Shown: positions 25,346 through 37,529, counted from the stretch's first letter. The stretch is DNA of 64,000 nt from Lama guanicoe (GCA_013239625.1 MU054391.1:2509130-2573129), one strand, 5' to 3'. Program-made: numbers and translations. The notes: generated by a model not told the origin, from the sequence alone.

Positions 25346-25724
25346 TTCACTGTGTGCTATTCTAGACTTAAATACACAATGAGATAAATAGTATTCAAGG
25401 TACTCACTCATATTTTTCTATCTTGATCCAGAAAAATCACCTCCATGCATCCAAATGTGGTTCATAATCTCTTCCATTTGAATTGAAGAAGCCTCTATCA
25501 ACATGTCACAAAGACGCATGAGAATAAACGATCTACATCAACTAACTGCTAATCAGAGTTTCTAGATATAAATCACGAATCTGGGCTCAGGGTTTCCCTC
25601 AGCATTGAAAAATCTAAATCTCCCTTTTTTTTTTTCTTTTTCTTAGTCACGTCCTTCCACAGAGGGCCTCAAACCTGCTGTCTTATCTTGCTATAATAGT
25701 CACCGGAAGATTCAGATCACTCAC

Positions 25725-25808
25725 TTTTTGGCGTTTGCTAAGAACCTCCCTGGTACATGATTTTCAGTTGGGTGCCATGGTGATGCAGACAGAAACGGTA
25801 GAAGATTT
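25725..25808 (-). CDS. Candidate exon, 84 nt, phase 2-2
   Basis: Donor 'AAA|gtgagt', weak acceptor 'ctcctaagtttag|A'; only the phase-2 frame is open (NLLPFLSASPWHPTENHVPGRFLANAK). Confidence 0.25.
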
Positions 25809-28439
25809 CTAAACTTAGGAGCCACCAGATCACAGGAGGACATGAAATGACTATTTGAGTAGCCATTATTGCATATTAGCTACTGTTTTTAAAAAAGGAA
25901 GCAATGTCGTGAACGAGGTAGCATAAACGGCCGCGAGGCTTTAGGAGAAACGGTCCAGGCTGGCGGGATCGGGAGAACGGAGCCCGGCTGCTGTCCGGGA
26001 GCGCGGGGTCCCACTTCTGACATGCGCAGGGCCCCCCACTGCATTACAGGGACAGAATACTAACTTCACAATTCTATTAAGCTTTATTTAAAAATTTAAA
26101 AAGCCTCTCTATTAATATTCAATTTACTGTTGAGGCTGGTACTCTGATCTGGAACCAAATGCCATATTTGACACTTGAGTTGTGCGCGGGGAAGGACGGG
26201 ATCCCAGGACCCAGAGGGACAGAAACCTCGCGTCCCCGCGCTCATCTGTCCTGCTGTATACGTCACAGAGAGGCTGGTAATACGATATACAGGTCATATT
26301 ATTTTCTATTAATTAACAGAGAAATGTAATGGTGTTGCAGAGTCCTCAGTGGGAGCTGGACGGAGCCCACATTTCTCCCATCCCATGCTGGGTTCTGTTC
26401 CGGCCCCAGCGCCGACAGCGACCGCCTAAACCCACAGCGAGCAGCAAGACTCACTTACGGATCCACAGCCCCAGGTACCTGTCTTATGCTTCACCCTACG
26501 CGGTGTCGTGTAAAGATGTGTACGTGTAATGTATCGTTGGAAGGATGAATGAACAGTTAAAACCTAGAAATTATGTTTTCTTTTACAGTCTAAGTAAACT
26601 GAGACTAAATGTTAAATGATTCAGGTCAGTAGACCAAAACACGTTAAAGATAAGGACACAAGTTTTGAAGTTTTGCCGTGTGTATCCACCACAGTGTAAA
26701 AGTGGAAACGCCAAAGCCTACACTCATAGGAAAATTGATTTTAAAACATTAGCTCATAGTAACAGTACATGCATTTATTTTAAAAATAAATGTACATATT
26801 TTTATTATTATGGGGTGTGAATCAAAGATTTTTTTCTGACAAATAAGGTTACACGGTCAAAAAGGAAGTTACATGAAAGTTGGAGGTAACTGTGTGCAAG
26901 GAAGGGCAAGATTCTGTACTCTGGTGGTCGCCATAATGACCCAGAATAATTTGCAAATGGTCCGGGGTTCTCTGAAGCCTGATTCCACCCTTCAGCCTCA
27001 GCGCTGTGCGTCACACCAAGTCATAATAGCTATTTGAAGTTAATTAGCCAATAAACGTTAAAAATAAAAGAGGTGCAGTTACATGAGAAATATTGTGAAC
27101 TAGTTTATATTTTCTTTAAAAAAAGATCTTTGAGCAGAGCAAAATTACTATTCTAGATTGTCAATAAAATGAAAATTGAAGTGACTTGTATTAAAGGAGA
27201 AGCAAGTATTAAATCTCCCAAAGCATATGTACATATTTATACAAACAGCATCAAATGTTGTCACTTGGTTCAACAGCTGAAATTACATCAAGCGTATTTG
27301 TGCCTTCTTCCTTTTTCTCCTATAGTAATTATTTAACATCAAAATTATCATGTTTAAGTAATTACTTATTCTAATCACTTTAGGCAATGAGATATTTATA
27401 CCTTTTTAACAGCAAATTCTTAATTCGCATATTAATCAAAACATGACTAATTTACAAGTTCAGTAACAGATATGAGTTATTCTAACAGAGGTCTTGTCCA
27501 TAAAGGCCTCAGAAATTTATCAATTTTTGGAGATGTTCCTGGGCATCTAAACAAGGGCCCCACTGCCTGGTTAATGGACTAGGAAGACAGGTGAGAGTGA
27601 GAACCTCAGGCTCCTTCTCTGACCTCTCACCTGGCTCTGTCTGAAGTGCAGAGCAGCAAGGAGACACAGTTATGCCCCCAAAACCCCTGAAACCATGACC
27701 CATCAGCATCCTGAGACGGTGAGGCAGACGCCATCTACCTCAGCCCAATGCACACGGAATCTAAGGAGAGCAGGACTGTACGCAAAGTCAAGTCAGTTCA
27801 CTTAGGGCTATGACAGCACACCCGCCAGAGCTGGAGGACAGGTGTGGCCGAGATTTAGAATGGGGTGTTCTCCCTCTGGGCCAATTTCAAAACATGCAAA
27901 GCCTTATAGAGCCAATAGGATTGTTTTTCAACTCAAGATGTGTTTTTCTGTCCTGAACACAGTAAAGTATGCCAAACGATTTATAAGCAGTTAACTAAAG
28001 TGAATGGTCCACGATCTTGGGGGAGAAAAACCTGACTCTATCTCCTCTCCTCTCTGACTGTTTACTTTCATCTTGCGTTTATCTCTTCAGCTTTGTCTTT
28101 TATACCAGTATTTCCTAGGTCGCCGGTGCCTGCAGCACAGTGCACCACGGCTAAAGAGGGAAAACTGGAGTCAGCTGATCTGTGGGGTGCACTGTGCCTA
28201 GCAAGGTGAGGTGAGCCATCAGTAAGCACACGCTAGGAGGGGCACGGCCTGGTCCTGGAGCAGCAGCCCCCTAGCTGTCCCCACTGTCACCTAGCAGTCA
28301 CAGCCGTGCCCACGCGTGATCTGCGGGCCACGGGAGCATCAGCAGTGGGGCAGCTGTGCTGTACCGCCCTTCCTGCCAGCCTTGTGACTGGTCCCGAGCT
28401 GTCACCAGAGCAACCCATGGGCAGGAGCCCCCAGCAGAC

Positions 28440-28686
28440 CCAGGGGGGCTGACGGGGGAGAGTTAAGCTGAGGCAAGAAAACTAACATGGGTGCACATGT
28501 TGCTTTGCTTCATAGCCAAACTACTAGGATTTGGTCTTGTCTGAGTGTTTTCCTTTGCTTCTGCATTTTGTCATTTCTCTGCTTAAATTTATTCTTTCGA
28601 TTAGAGTTTTTGTACAAACAAGAGGCAGGCGGAGGACACGGGGGGCTCTGTCCAGGGAAGGTCCCAGAGGGTCCTGCTCATTTTAA
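28440..28686 (-). mobile_element. ERV1-type LTR fragment (cetartiodactyl family)
   Basis: 'tacaaacaagaggcaggcggaggacacggggggctctgtccagggaaggtcccagagggtcctgctc' resembles a reverse-oriented LTR 5' end seen in artiodactyls. Confidence 0.7.
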
Positions 28687-30108
28687 TCCGTCTCCTGCTT
28701 CCCAAACTGTTCTCTTTCTAGAAGCTAAAAGAAAGAAGCGCTCTAAATAGTATTTCTCCAGATGTGCGACCGACTAGCACGTTCCCTCAGCCTTCTCCCA
28801 CCAGAAGTTGCCTTTCTCAGAGAATGTACATTGTCAAGTCAAAACTAAAGGTGACCCTCAGATATTTGGGGGGTGCAGTGTGACACAGGAATTGGCAAAG
28901 GGAAACTCAGTTAATTCAGTGAGACTTTAGTGTTGAGTGTCCTTGATTCCATTTCAGTTCTTAGAAAATGGATGAACAGGACGACTCAGTGAAACTCCCA
29001 TCTCTTTATTCACGGGAGAGACTCACACAAATTTTAGGGCAAATAAAATAAACAAATACAAATTTACTGGCTTGGGGCAAAAAGTTAAGTGTTTTCTGTA
29101 CAGGAAAAAATAATTTATAGCATGAAGGAGACCTGATTTTGGCACTCTACTACGGAATTACATCTGTTTAACATGTATTATGTTTGGTGACAGAGTAGAC
29201 AAACTATAATATACAGCGATTTAACCAAACATGCAAAGCACAATATATCACTGTCTTTCACTAGCAAAGCTCAAAGAAGCCAGAATAGAATATCGCCAGA
29301 TACATCCGCCATTTTTCTTAACCGACATACAGATGGGACCCGATTTTCACTGTGATGATGTATTTAACTTCTATTCTGTGATGTCGAGTAGACCATGATA
29401 TTATCTTCAGTCATTGTTTACATAACAAAATGCTGTCTCCACAGTTACTTGTAGGGCTGAGTAAACATGAAATCCACATTCCAAAATCCAGGGGCAAAAA
29501 AATTTTCAACTTAAAAAATTTCTGAGTAATTCAGAAATATCTGGTCATTTAAAATCTATCTAAATGCCTTTCGAATGTGACAGTGGCTCTAGACAACTTT
29601 AATAACAAATTGTTCCAAACCCTGCCTTTCTGACCTCTCATCCCTGGCCTTTCGGAGCAATAATCATCCTCCCACCTTGCTGGTTTACGTCTTGCACGTA
29701 CTGGTCTCTTCTGAAAGGCAGAGAAGGCAGAAACCATAGCCAAGAACTGCGCCCGTGCACGGGCAGCAGGCGAATGAGCTAACAGTGTGGTTCAACGCGG
29801 TCCCTTGGCATCGCCTCGTAAAATCTCCATGCAGATGGAATTCCTGCATTAGACTCCATAGGTTTCTTGTTCAGTTCCGATAGCAAGCCAGTACTGTGAC
29901 CCTCAGAAGTTTTGGGATTGTGAAATAGGGAAGTAGGATAACTGTTATGAACCCATTTTCCAGATGAGCTCCCTGAGACTCAAAGTTTCCTCTTCATGTA
30001 TGTTATCCAGTTGAAGAGGAAAATTTTGTCCCAGATAGATGAGAAACATTGTGCAAGTTTTCTATTCCTAGTATAAATTTAAATATCCTTTTGATGAGCT
30101 TTACATAG

Positions 30109-30129
30109 ACACACACACACACACACACA
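30109..30129. repeat. (AC)n microsatellite
   Basis: Seen directly. Confidence 0.9.
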
Positions 30130-30449
30130 TGCTCCTCGGGGAAAATGCACATAACGTTTTAGGAACAGAATACTTCTCTACTTATACATTCATCATTTTC
30201 TACCTAGAGGTATCAATTATTATGAACATTTTTAGGTTTTGACCTGAATTTTAAACCAGAAATCTAATACAAAGAAATATAGTAAATTCAATAATTATTA
30301 GGGGAACGTAAATGAAACCTTCCCTAACGGCACCCATTTTCTCAGAAGAGTAGGTCTTAACTGTATTTTAAAAGGGCATCAGAATGACAAGTATTTTGTG
30401 TGATTATCAGAAACGTTTAAAAACTGTTCCTGTACATAATTTCATGTTT

Positions 30450-30595
30450 TTCACAGTCCTCTAAGGTCGGTGGAGGCAGAGCTTATGTCTCCTGTTTCAG
30501 ATGTAGGAGAGGAAGGCTCAGAGAGGCGCAGTACCTTGCCGTGAGCACACAGCAAGTGAACGTCACAGTGCGACCTGGGCCGGGGTCCTCACCGC
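30450..30595 (-). mobile_element. MIR SINE (GC-shifted)
   Basis: 'cctgtttcagatgtaggagaggaaggctcagagaggcgcagtaccttgccgtgagcacacagcaagtg'. Confidence 0.7.
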
Positions 30596-31480
30596 CTGCG
30601 GAACCCCCTTCCCCTCCGCGGCACTGTTGCTGGACTGCGGCCCATCCTGCGGGAAGGAAAGAAAGGCGATTGCAGAGGGAAGAATGAGCTGAATTAGAGA
30701 CCAGGCTCACAGTGAAGGCCTGTGAGGCGTCTGACTGCGGCGCGAGTGAGCGCGGCGCCTGCGAAGCGCCCCCGGGGAGGGCTGTGCCGCCGAGGCGCTG
30801 CCCCCGCGGCGTCTACTCGGCGGGGCTCTACTCACCTGCCTTCACAGCGACTCGTGCCCAGAAACGCATTCACTGCGGATTTACTGTGCCTGGAAAAGAG
30901 AGGGGAAGGCCTGAGTGTCCGTTAGCGCGAGACCAGCGCAGTAAACTGCACTGAGATTTGTGAAAACGGAGGTGGACCACTAGGTGTCTTTAAAGAACTA
31001 CACCCAGCACGTAGCCCTACGGGGAGAAGGACTTACGCAGCCGTGTTTGTAGAATAATCTCATTCGTGCAGGAAAAAAAAATCCCTGAATCTGTATGTGC
31101 TTGTTTGTTTTCCTGCTCCGAGCACTCTGTTCACATCTCCAGAGCCGCTCGCAGCTTGGGCCCGGGAGGCGGGCCTGCGGGGGGGGGGGGGGCTGCCCTC
31201 GGGCTGCCGGGAGCACGTGGCCGGTGCGGAGGTCCAGCCGGAGAAGAGAGGGGTGAGCGGGAGGCGGGAGGTCCGAGCGTCCCTGCCGCCCCTCCCTGGG
31301 CTCGCGCCCTCGGCCCCTGGGCCCCGGGCTGACGGCAGCCTCAGCGGCGTCCCAGCCTGTGGGTTTCCCTCTGTCCCACCCAGACCTCTGCAGGCGGACC
31401 TGCGCCAGATCCCCCTCGGAGGACCCTGGTGTGAGGGTTCCGCTCGTTTCCTGCTGGCAATCTGGCCGGAGCAATAGATT
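30590..31480. promoter_or_regulatory. CpG island; possible minus-strand promoter/first exon with a donor at 31036
   Basis: Very high GC/CpG; poly-G run at about 31179-31192; donor 'TGC|gtaagt' lacks a good upstream acceptor. Confidence 0.65.
30836..30889 (-). CDS. Candidate exon, 54 nt, phase 2-2
   Basis: Strong acceptor 'cttcccctctcttttccag|G' and consensus donor 'CAG|gtgagt'; only the phase-2 frame is open (HSKSAVNAFLGTSRCEG). Confidence 0.5.
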
Positions 31481-31519
31481 CACATCTCTAGGTGTGGTCA
31501 CACGCGCACACATATTCCT

Positions 31520-31957
31520 TGTAGTGGGCGAACTGGGCCCCCACCGAGGATGCGTTCCTGCTCTGAGCCCTTGGCCCTTTGCAGAAGTCGTGAAATTAAG
31601 TGTCTGCAGATGAGATCATCCTAGGTTTAGGGTGGGTCTTAAACCCGACGACTGGTGCCCTCATGACAGAAAGGCAGAGAGAGAGCGGGGCCACACAGAG
31701 ACACAGGGGAGGCAGCCATGAAGACAGAGGCAGACCCGGGGCGACGTGCCGCAAGCCAGGGTACGCCTGGAGCACTGCAACCTGGAGGGGGCAAGGAAGG
31801 ACGCCCTCCTCCGCCATCCCGCCTTCGGAGAGAACATGGCCCCCCGACATCTTGATTCCAGACTTCTGGCTCCAGAGCTGAGAGAGAATGAGTGTCTGTT
31901 GCTTTAAGTCGCTCAGTCTGTGCGAATTTGCGCATGGAAACCACAGGAAATGACGCA
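31520..31957 (+). mobile_element. MaLR solo LTR (MLT1C/D-like)
   Basis: TG...CA ends; 5-bp TSD ttcct/tacct; hallmark 'gatgagatcatcct...cttgattccagacttctggctccagagctgagagagaat'. Confidence 0.9.
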
Positions 31958-32298
31958 TACCTATATTCACATCAACATTTATATAGATGTTTTTAATATT
32001 AGCACAGAAGGTTCCTAGAAACAGTAGTCAGCACTGGCTGTGTGGGTCTCCTCTGAGAGTGGAGGCTGTCTGGTCCTCGTCGTTATCTGTGTGTGTGTGT
32101 GTGATTAGCATGGGCTTGCTTTGATGATTTATAAAAATAAATTAGAAGGAAAAAAAGAACCTAAAGCCCCCTTGGAAGAGTATATTCATTGGCTGTCAGT
32201 CCCGGCACTCGGCTGAGAACCCCCTTTTCCCGCACTCGGTGAGAGTGGCGTGTGAGCACCGGGTAGAAAATGCATGTTTTCCTTCTTTCCTTTCTTAC

Positions 32299-32425
32299 GT
32301 GTGATTCTTTGATATTTGCAGGACCACCCATCTTAGACCTTCACAAACGTTGGTCAAAGAATCTGGTTCAGGCTTGCAGTAAGGAAGTTCTATGAACTCT
32401 ATTCTTAGACATATCTGCATTTTAA
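32299..32425 (-). CDS. Candidate exon with ATG at 32420, ending in phase 2
   Basis: Acceptor 'ttatttgtttgttttag|T', donor 'CAC|gtaaga'; ATG has A at -3; MQICLRIEFIELPYCKPEPDSLTNVCEGLRWVVLQISKNH. Confidence 0.35.
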
Positions 32426-33659
32426 CTAAAACAAACAAATAAACAAGAGGCAGATTCATCACATAACGACACAGCAAAGAGAGGAGGAGGTTATACGCCA
32501 TTGGCCGTAATAAACACAGTCCACGGGGTCACCCTTCTCTGTTGTCCCAAAGTTTATTCGAAGTTAATGCATGCATCTGAATTATTAAAGAATCAGCAGT
32601 CGCTGCCTTGTGGCTTTGTATGTATGATAATAGGTCTTCACACCCAGAAAAGTCTCAGTGTGCAATTTTGCAGCAGACTATAATTTAGGGAGCATTGAAA
32701 TGAAGTCCAACATCTTTGTAAAAACGAGCGCTGTTTTTTGCAGCAGGGAATCGCTCTGGCATATTGCAGACACTCCTGTTTACTTGCATGTAATAGCCAA
32801 TTCCAAGCAGAAGAAAAACGTCGCACGGGAAGAGGACGGCACAACAGAAGTGATTTTCGTCCATTTACCTGAAAATAGTGCTACCATCTCAGGCCGCTCA
32901 GTCTTCCTCATGCATCCCCTTTCTTTCAAAACGTATCTTTTACATTTTTATTTCACATTATTCTAAAGACAAGGACCCTTTCAGCCCAGAGTATTTTGAA
33001 AGGAAATTTACTTTGTGCTGCTGGTGCAGGAATGAGGGTTTGGGTGGGATGGATTTAAATGCATCACTGAATTGAAGATCAGCAAGGAAACAGTGGTTCG
33101 AGCATTAGGGGAACACAGCCCACTCCTGTCAAATGCCCAGACAAAGACTGAAGAGATGAAACGATCCGTCCACTGGTGATGTTCTGTTGTCAATGTGCTA
33201 AATAACATCTTTGATTTCTTTTCATTGGGTTGATTATTTTCTGCTTGGAGGTGGTGGTTTTCTTTTGTTTCAATCATTCAGTTGACTTGGTGTTGCTTTG
33301 GTTCATTCACCCCGTCATCACTTTCTTCCTCCATCATCTGTGAGGCTCCAGCCCCTCTATAGGATGCGGAGGAGACAACAGTGAGGGGGGATGAGCACCA
33401 TGTCATGCTGTCTTTGCCAAGGAATTTCTGAAATGCCCTGTCCAGCTGCACGGGCTGCAGAGTAAAGGGGACCTTAGCACCAGCTCAACCTCAGAAAGAT
33501 CGTTCGCTGTCCTAATCCCAAGCCAAGCATCTTTACATCTCAGGCAAATTAACCTTCACTTTTTTTTTTTTTAACATAATGCTCATAGACTACCCGGCTT
33601 CAGTGAGACTCCAGCTAATGATACAATAGATATTCTTCCTATTCTAAGCTGGGTTTTGT

Positions 33660-34250
33660 TTTAATAAACTTAAAAAAAAAATTAAAACAGTTTCACGTTT
33701 CTAGGAAAATACTGAAAAGAGCGCTGAGATTCCGTCTATGCCCCAAACCCAGTTTTTCCTATTATTAATGCCTTACTATTTTGGTGCTTTTGTTACAATT
33801 AATAAGCTGATGTTGACACATTGTTATTAACTTAAGTCCACAGTTTTCTCATATTTCCCTCGCTTTTACCTGATGTCCTTTTCCCTGCTTCAGGATCTCA
33901 CACTGCAGGCAGATGTAATGTCTCCTTAGGATTTTTAGATCAAGTAAAGTTCTCAGACATTCCCGTTTTGATGGCCTTCTCCCAGTTTTGAGTATTTTGT
34001 AGAATGTCCCATAATTGGGGTTGGTCTGAAGTTTTGTTATGATCAGACTGGGGGTGTGGTCTGGAGGAGGACGACCACAGACAGAGTGCCTTTCTCACCG
34101 CATCGTCTCCGGGGGGCGCATGGTCAACAGGACTTTCCTGTTGGTGCTGGTCTTTACCACCAGGCTGGGGCTGAGTCAGGCTTCCCCCTGTGGAGGTGGT
34201 GATTTATCCCCCGTCTACACTGCGCTCTTTGGAAGGAAGTCGCTCTGCTC
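33660..34250 (-). mobile_element. L1MC-like 3' end
   Basis: 'ttgttacaattaataagctgatgttgacacattgttattaacttaagtcc...attttgtagaatgtccc'. Confidence 0.85.
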
Positions 34251-34254
34251 AGAG

Positions 34255-34450
34255 ACCTGGGGTTTAGTCTTAGCTCTGGAACCTGTTGCTTGTCAAGTAT
34301 TTCAGACTCTTTGATCCTGTTATTCTGGTCTGTAAAATGGGGATAAAATGCTGGCCTTGAAAAGCGGTTCTAAGAGTGAGAAATTACGTACTTGGAGCCT
34401 GGACTGCAGCTCCTGGAGTGGTGCCTGGTAAGAAGTATGGTTTCATAAAC
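34255..34450 (+). mobile_element. MIR SINE
   Basis: 'tctgtaaaatggggataaaatg...gtggtgcctgg'. Confidence 0.7.
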
Positions 34451-34586
34451 AATACTTTTCCAAATTGATTTCGATGTCCAATTATCTGCCATTTACAAAT
34501 GGAAACTCATGTCTCAAAGATATCATAACCTCAAATACTGAAATGTCATGCTGTGTGAAATGAATTTATTTATAAGTTGCTTATTT

Positions 34587-34739
34587 GTTTATTTCATTGA
34601 ATTATAGTCAGTTACAATGTGTGAATTTCTGGTGCACAGCACAGTGTCCCCGTCATACATATACATACATATATTCGTTTTCATATTCTTTTTCATTAAA
34701 GGTTATTACAAGATATTAAATATAATTCCCTGTGCTATG
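34587..34739 (-). mobile_element. 5'-truncated young L1 3' end with 14-bp TSD
   Basis: TSD taagttgcttattt (34573-34586) / taagttgtttattt (34740-34753); reverse L1 3' UTR of the same type as 6311 and 23149. Confidence 0.9.
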
Positions 34740-36224
34740 TAAGTTGTTTATTTTTAATGACACTTTATGTATTTCAATACAGATGAAGCATTCAGAGCAG
34801 ATCACCTCTGCTCGATATCTTCTCAGTTCTTCTGCCCACGTGAGATAATCTTAAGTGCCACTCACGTTCCCGGAGTTTAACACTGTCTCGAGCCCTCACA
34901 ACCTGCCATGTAGGTAGCATCACTTCATGCAGATGTGGACTCAGGTTCGCAGAGGACATGACTTGTTGTAGGTCGCAGGCTGGCAAGTTGGAGACGTGCA
35001 GCCAGAGGGTCTCGCCTGAGCCTCCCGCGCAGAGCATCGCAGCCCGTCCGGGGGCTGCGCCCGAGGCCCAGTTGGAGCCCTCACTCAGCGCCTCGGGTGT
35101 GCTGCTCGACTCTCCCCTCTCCCCCTCGTGGAGGATGTGCCGCGTGCACTGGCGATTTTTCTACAGAGGAAACACCTCCTCACTTCTCTCTCGTTTGCTT
35201 TGGCCAAGACTGAAAAGCAGCCCTTGGAGATGGTCTTAAACTTTATGTTTGGAAAAGTGAAGCAGCACGCTGAGGACAAGCAGAAAGCTAGCCTGGTCTG
35301 CTCCTCTGAGCAGTGGCAGCACAGAGAGGTGCCCACGGGTGTGTTACTAAATTTGAGCCTTCGGGGGCTTGCTCGCTACATTTATTTTACTTTTAATGTA
35401 AAGAGGAAATGATTTTTATATCAAAATGATATTTAATGAAAGGCTTGTGATCTTTATGTAAATAGAATAAGAACACAACAGCAGTAACCATCCCCCAATC
35501 TTTCCTTAGTTTATTTAATAAACACACGTATCGATTTGACCAAGAATCTTTTTCTGTAAATAAAACTGTGAAGTAGAAAACCTCATTACTGAATTCAGTT
35601 GCAGTCACGTTGCATCAGGCTGTAATTACCTTGTGATGTAATGTGCAGCAAAAAGTATAGCACACAAACCCTGGCTGCATATTTTATTGGACCATTGATT
35701 TAAGTGTATTTTCATCTTATTAATGGCTTAGGGTTGTTTGGAAAGCACCTCATAATAATTGTATGCTGTCCTTTCCCGTATTTATTGGTAAAGGGACTGT
35801 TACAATAAAATATTATGCAGAAAACTCTCTTAAATGTCAGCTGCTCTGAGATATACAACAGTGTAAAGTCACTGTGACAATTAATTAAAATCTGGGCACA
35901 TTCTACTAGTACTAAAACTGGCAGAGGTGAATTACAAAAGCTGGGATACACATTTATTAGACGGACGTTTGATCCTGAGGCAGAAACTTGAAGCACTGTT
36001 GTATCACCTGTTAGGAAGGTGATTATCCCTGTTTACTAGAACGAAGATTTTCCTTCATTCCCCTAAAAAAAAAAAAAAGAGCCTTGAGCATCAGTATGTC
36101 CCACGTCCTGGATGAAAAATCAGAGCTAGGAGGGCCGGCAGGACCTTCACGCCAGCCCAGGCATCAAGGCAAGGTCACGAGTAAGAGCCCAGCTGTCAAG
36201 ACGGGTTCGGGGCTTACCTCCGAG

Positions 36225-36720
36225 TCAGCGTGTTATTTCTTTGATGCAGCTAGTGTTCCATTGTATGGGCACATCCTATTGTGCTTGCCCTCTTACCAGT
36301 TGATGGAAATCTGGATGGTCTCCACTCTTCAGCTATGACAAATTATGCTGCCGTGAATATTTGTGGATGTAGATCCTCATTCAGTAGATTCTTGAAATAG
36401 ACTTGCTGTGATGGATCTTAAATTTATGTTTAGCTTTTTGAGAAACTATTTCCAAAGTGGTTAAACCATTTTACATTCCTCCAGAAATGTCTGAGGCTTT
36501 GAATCTCTCCACCAACACTTGCTTTGTTGGCCTTTTTCTTATCGCCATTCCGGTAGGTGTGGAGGTAACTCCCTGTGGTCTTAAATTAAACTTCCCCAGT
36601 GCCTGACTGTGTTGAGCACCTCTTCGTGCCCACTTTTGCCCCGTTTTTATTTTTGTTGTTTATCTTCTTTGAAATGAGGTAGCATTGTTTACATTTTCTG
36701 CACACGAGACTTTTGTCTAG
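36225..36720 (-). mobile_element. Old L1 3' segment (continues after the LTR insertions)
   Basis: 'ttccattgtatgggcac...gttgatggaaatctggatgg...ttccaaagtggttaaaccattttacattcc'. Confidence 0.8.
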
Positions 36721-36729
36721 TATATGACA

Positions 36730-37149
36730 TGTCTGCTACGCCTCCCAGGGCTGCCGTTGCAAAGCACCGCAAAGGAGCGGCTTGAACAACCGAAGTGCGT
36801 TGCCTCGGTGCTCTGGAGACTGGAAATCTAAACGCAGAGTGTCTGCAGGCTGCTGCTTTCTGAGGGCCGCGAGCAAGAAGATTCTCCTGACTTCTCTCCT
36901 GGGCTTCCAAACAGCCATCTTCTCCCTGCGTTTCTTCGCACTCTCTTCCGTCTTTGTGTGTCTGTGTCCAAATTTCTGCTTTTCACGCGGACGTCAGTCA
37001 TATGAAGTAGGGTTCACTCCCATGACCGTATTTTAACTTGATTAGCTCTGTGAGGGTCCTATTTCCAAAAAAGGTCACATTCTGAAGCGCTGCAAGTAAT
37101 GCATATGTTACATATGAATTTGGGGGGTAATGTAATTCAATCTGTAATA
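36730..37149 (-). mobile_element. MaLR LTR (MLT1-type)
   Basis: 'cagggctgccgttgcaaagcacc...ctctggagactggaaatct...cctatttccaaaaaaggtcacattctga'. Confidence 0.85.
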
Positions 37150-37172
37150 ATATTCATGTTTGTTCCCCAGGC

Positions 37173-37521
37173 TTCTATGATCTGAAGTTTGTTCCCCCTC
37201 GAAATTTATTAGTGTATTAACGTTGTCCCCTGATGTGGTGGTGATAGGAACATAGGTCTTCGGATGGTGATTAGTTTATGCGAAAGGATCCCTCGTTACT
37301 GGAATTGGTTTCTTTATAAAAGAGACCCCAAGGAACCCCTTCACCCTTTCCGTCACGTGAAGGTACAGCGAGACCTAGGAAGTGGGCCCTCCCCAGACAC
37401 ACAATCTGCTGGGGCCTTGATGCTGGATTTCCCAGCTTCCGGACTGTGAGCAATAAACACCTACTGCTTAAGCCGCCCAGTCTGTGGCATTTTGTTACCG
37501 CAGCACCAAGGGACTAAGATA
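37173..37521 (+). mobile_element. MaLR LTR (MLT1A-like)
   Basis: 'ctttataaaagagacccc...aatctgctggggccttgatgctggatttcccagcttccggactgtgagcaataaa...gactaagata'. Confidence 0.9.
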
Positions 37522-37529
37522 AAGTACAT

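Noticed and set aside
29350..29462. C/D box snoRNA (GTGATGA ... CTGA)
   Set aside because: No convincing terminal stem, no clear C'/D' boxes, and no rRNA-antisense element that I can identify.
30998..31513. 171-aa minus-strand ORF, and similar 140-166 aa ORFs at 15.9-16.6 kb
   Set aside because: Pro/Arg/Gly/Ala-rich frames are open on both strands, as expected from stop-codon scarcity in CpG islands.
32658..32966. 102-aa plus-strand ORF or exon
   Set aside because: Weak acceptor, no good donor, and no recognisable homology.
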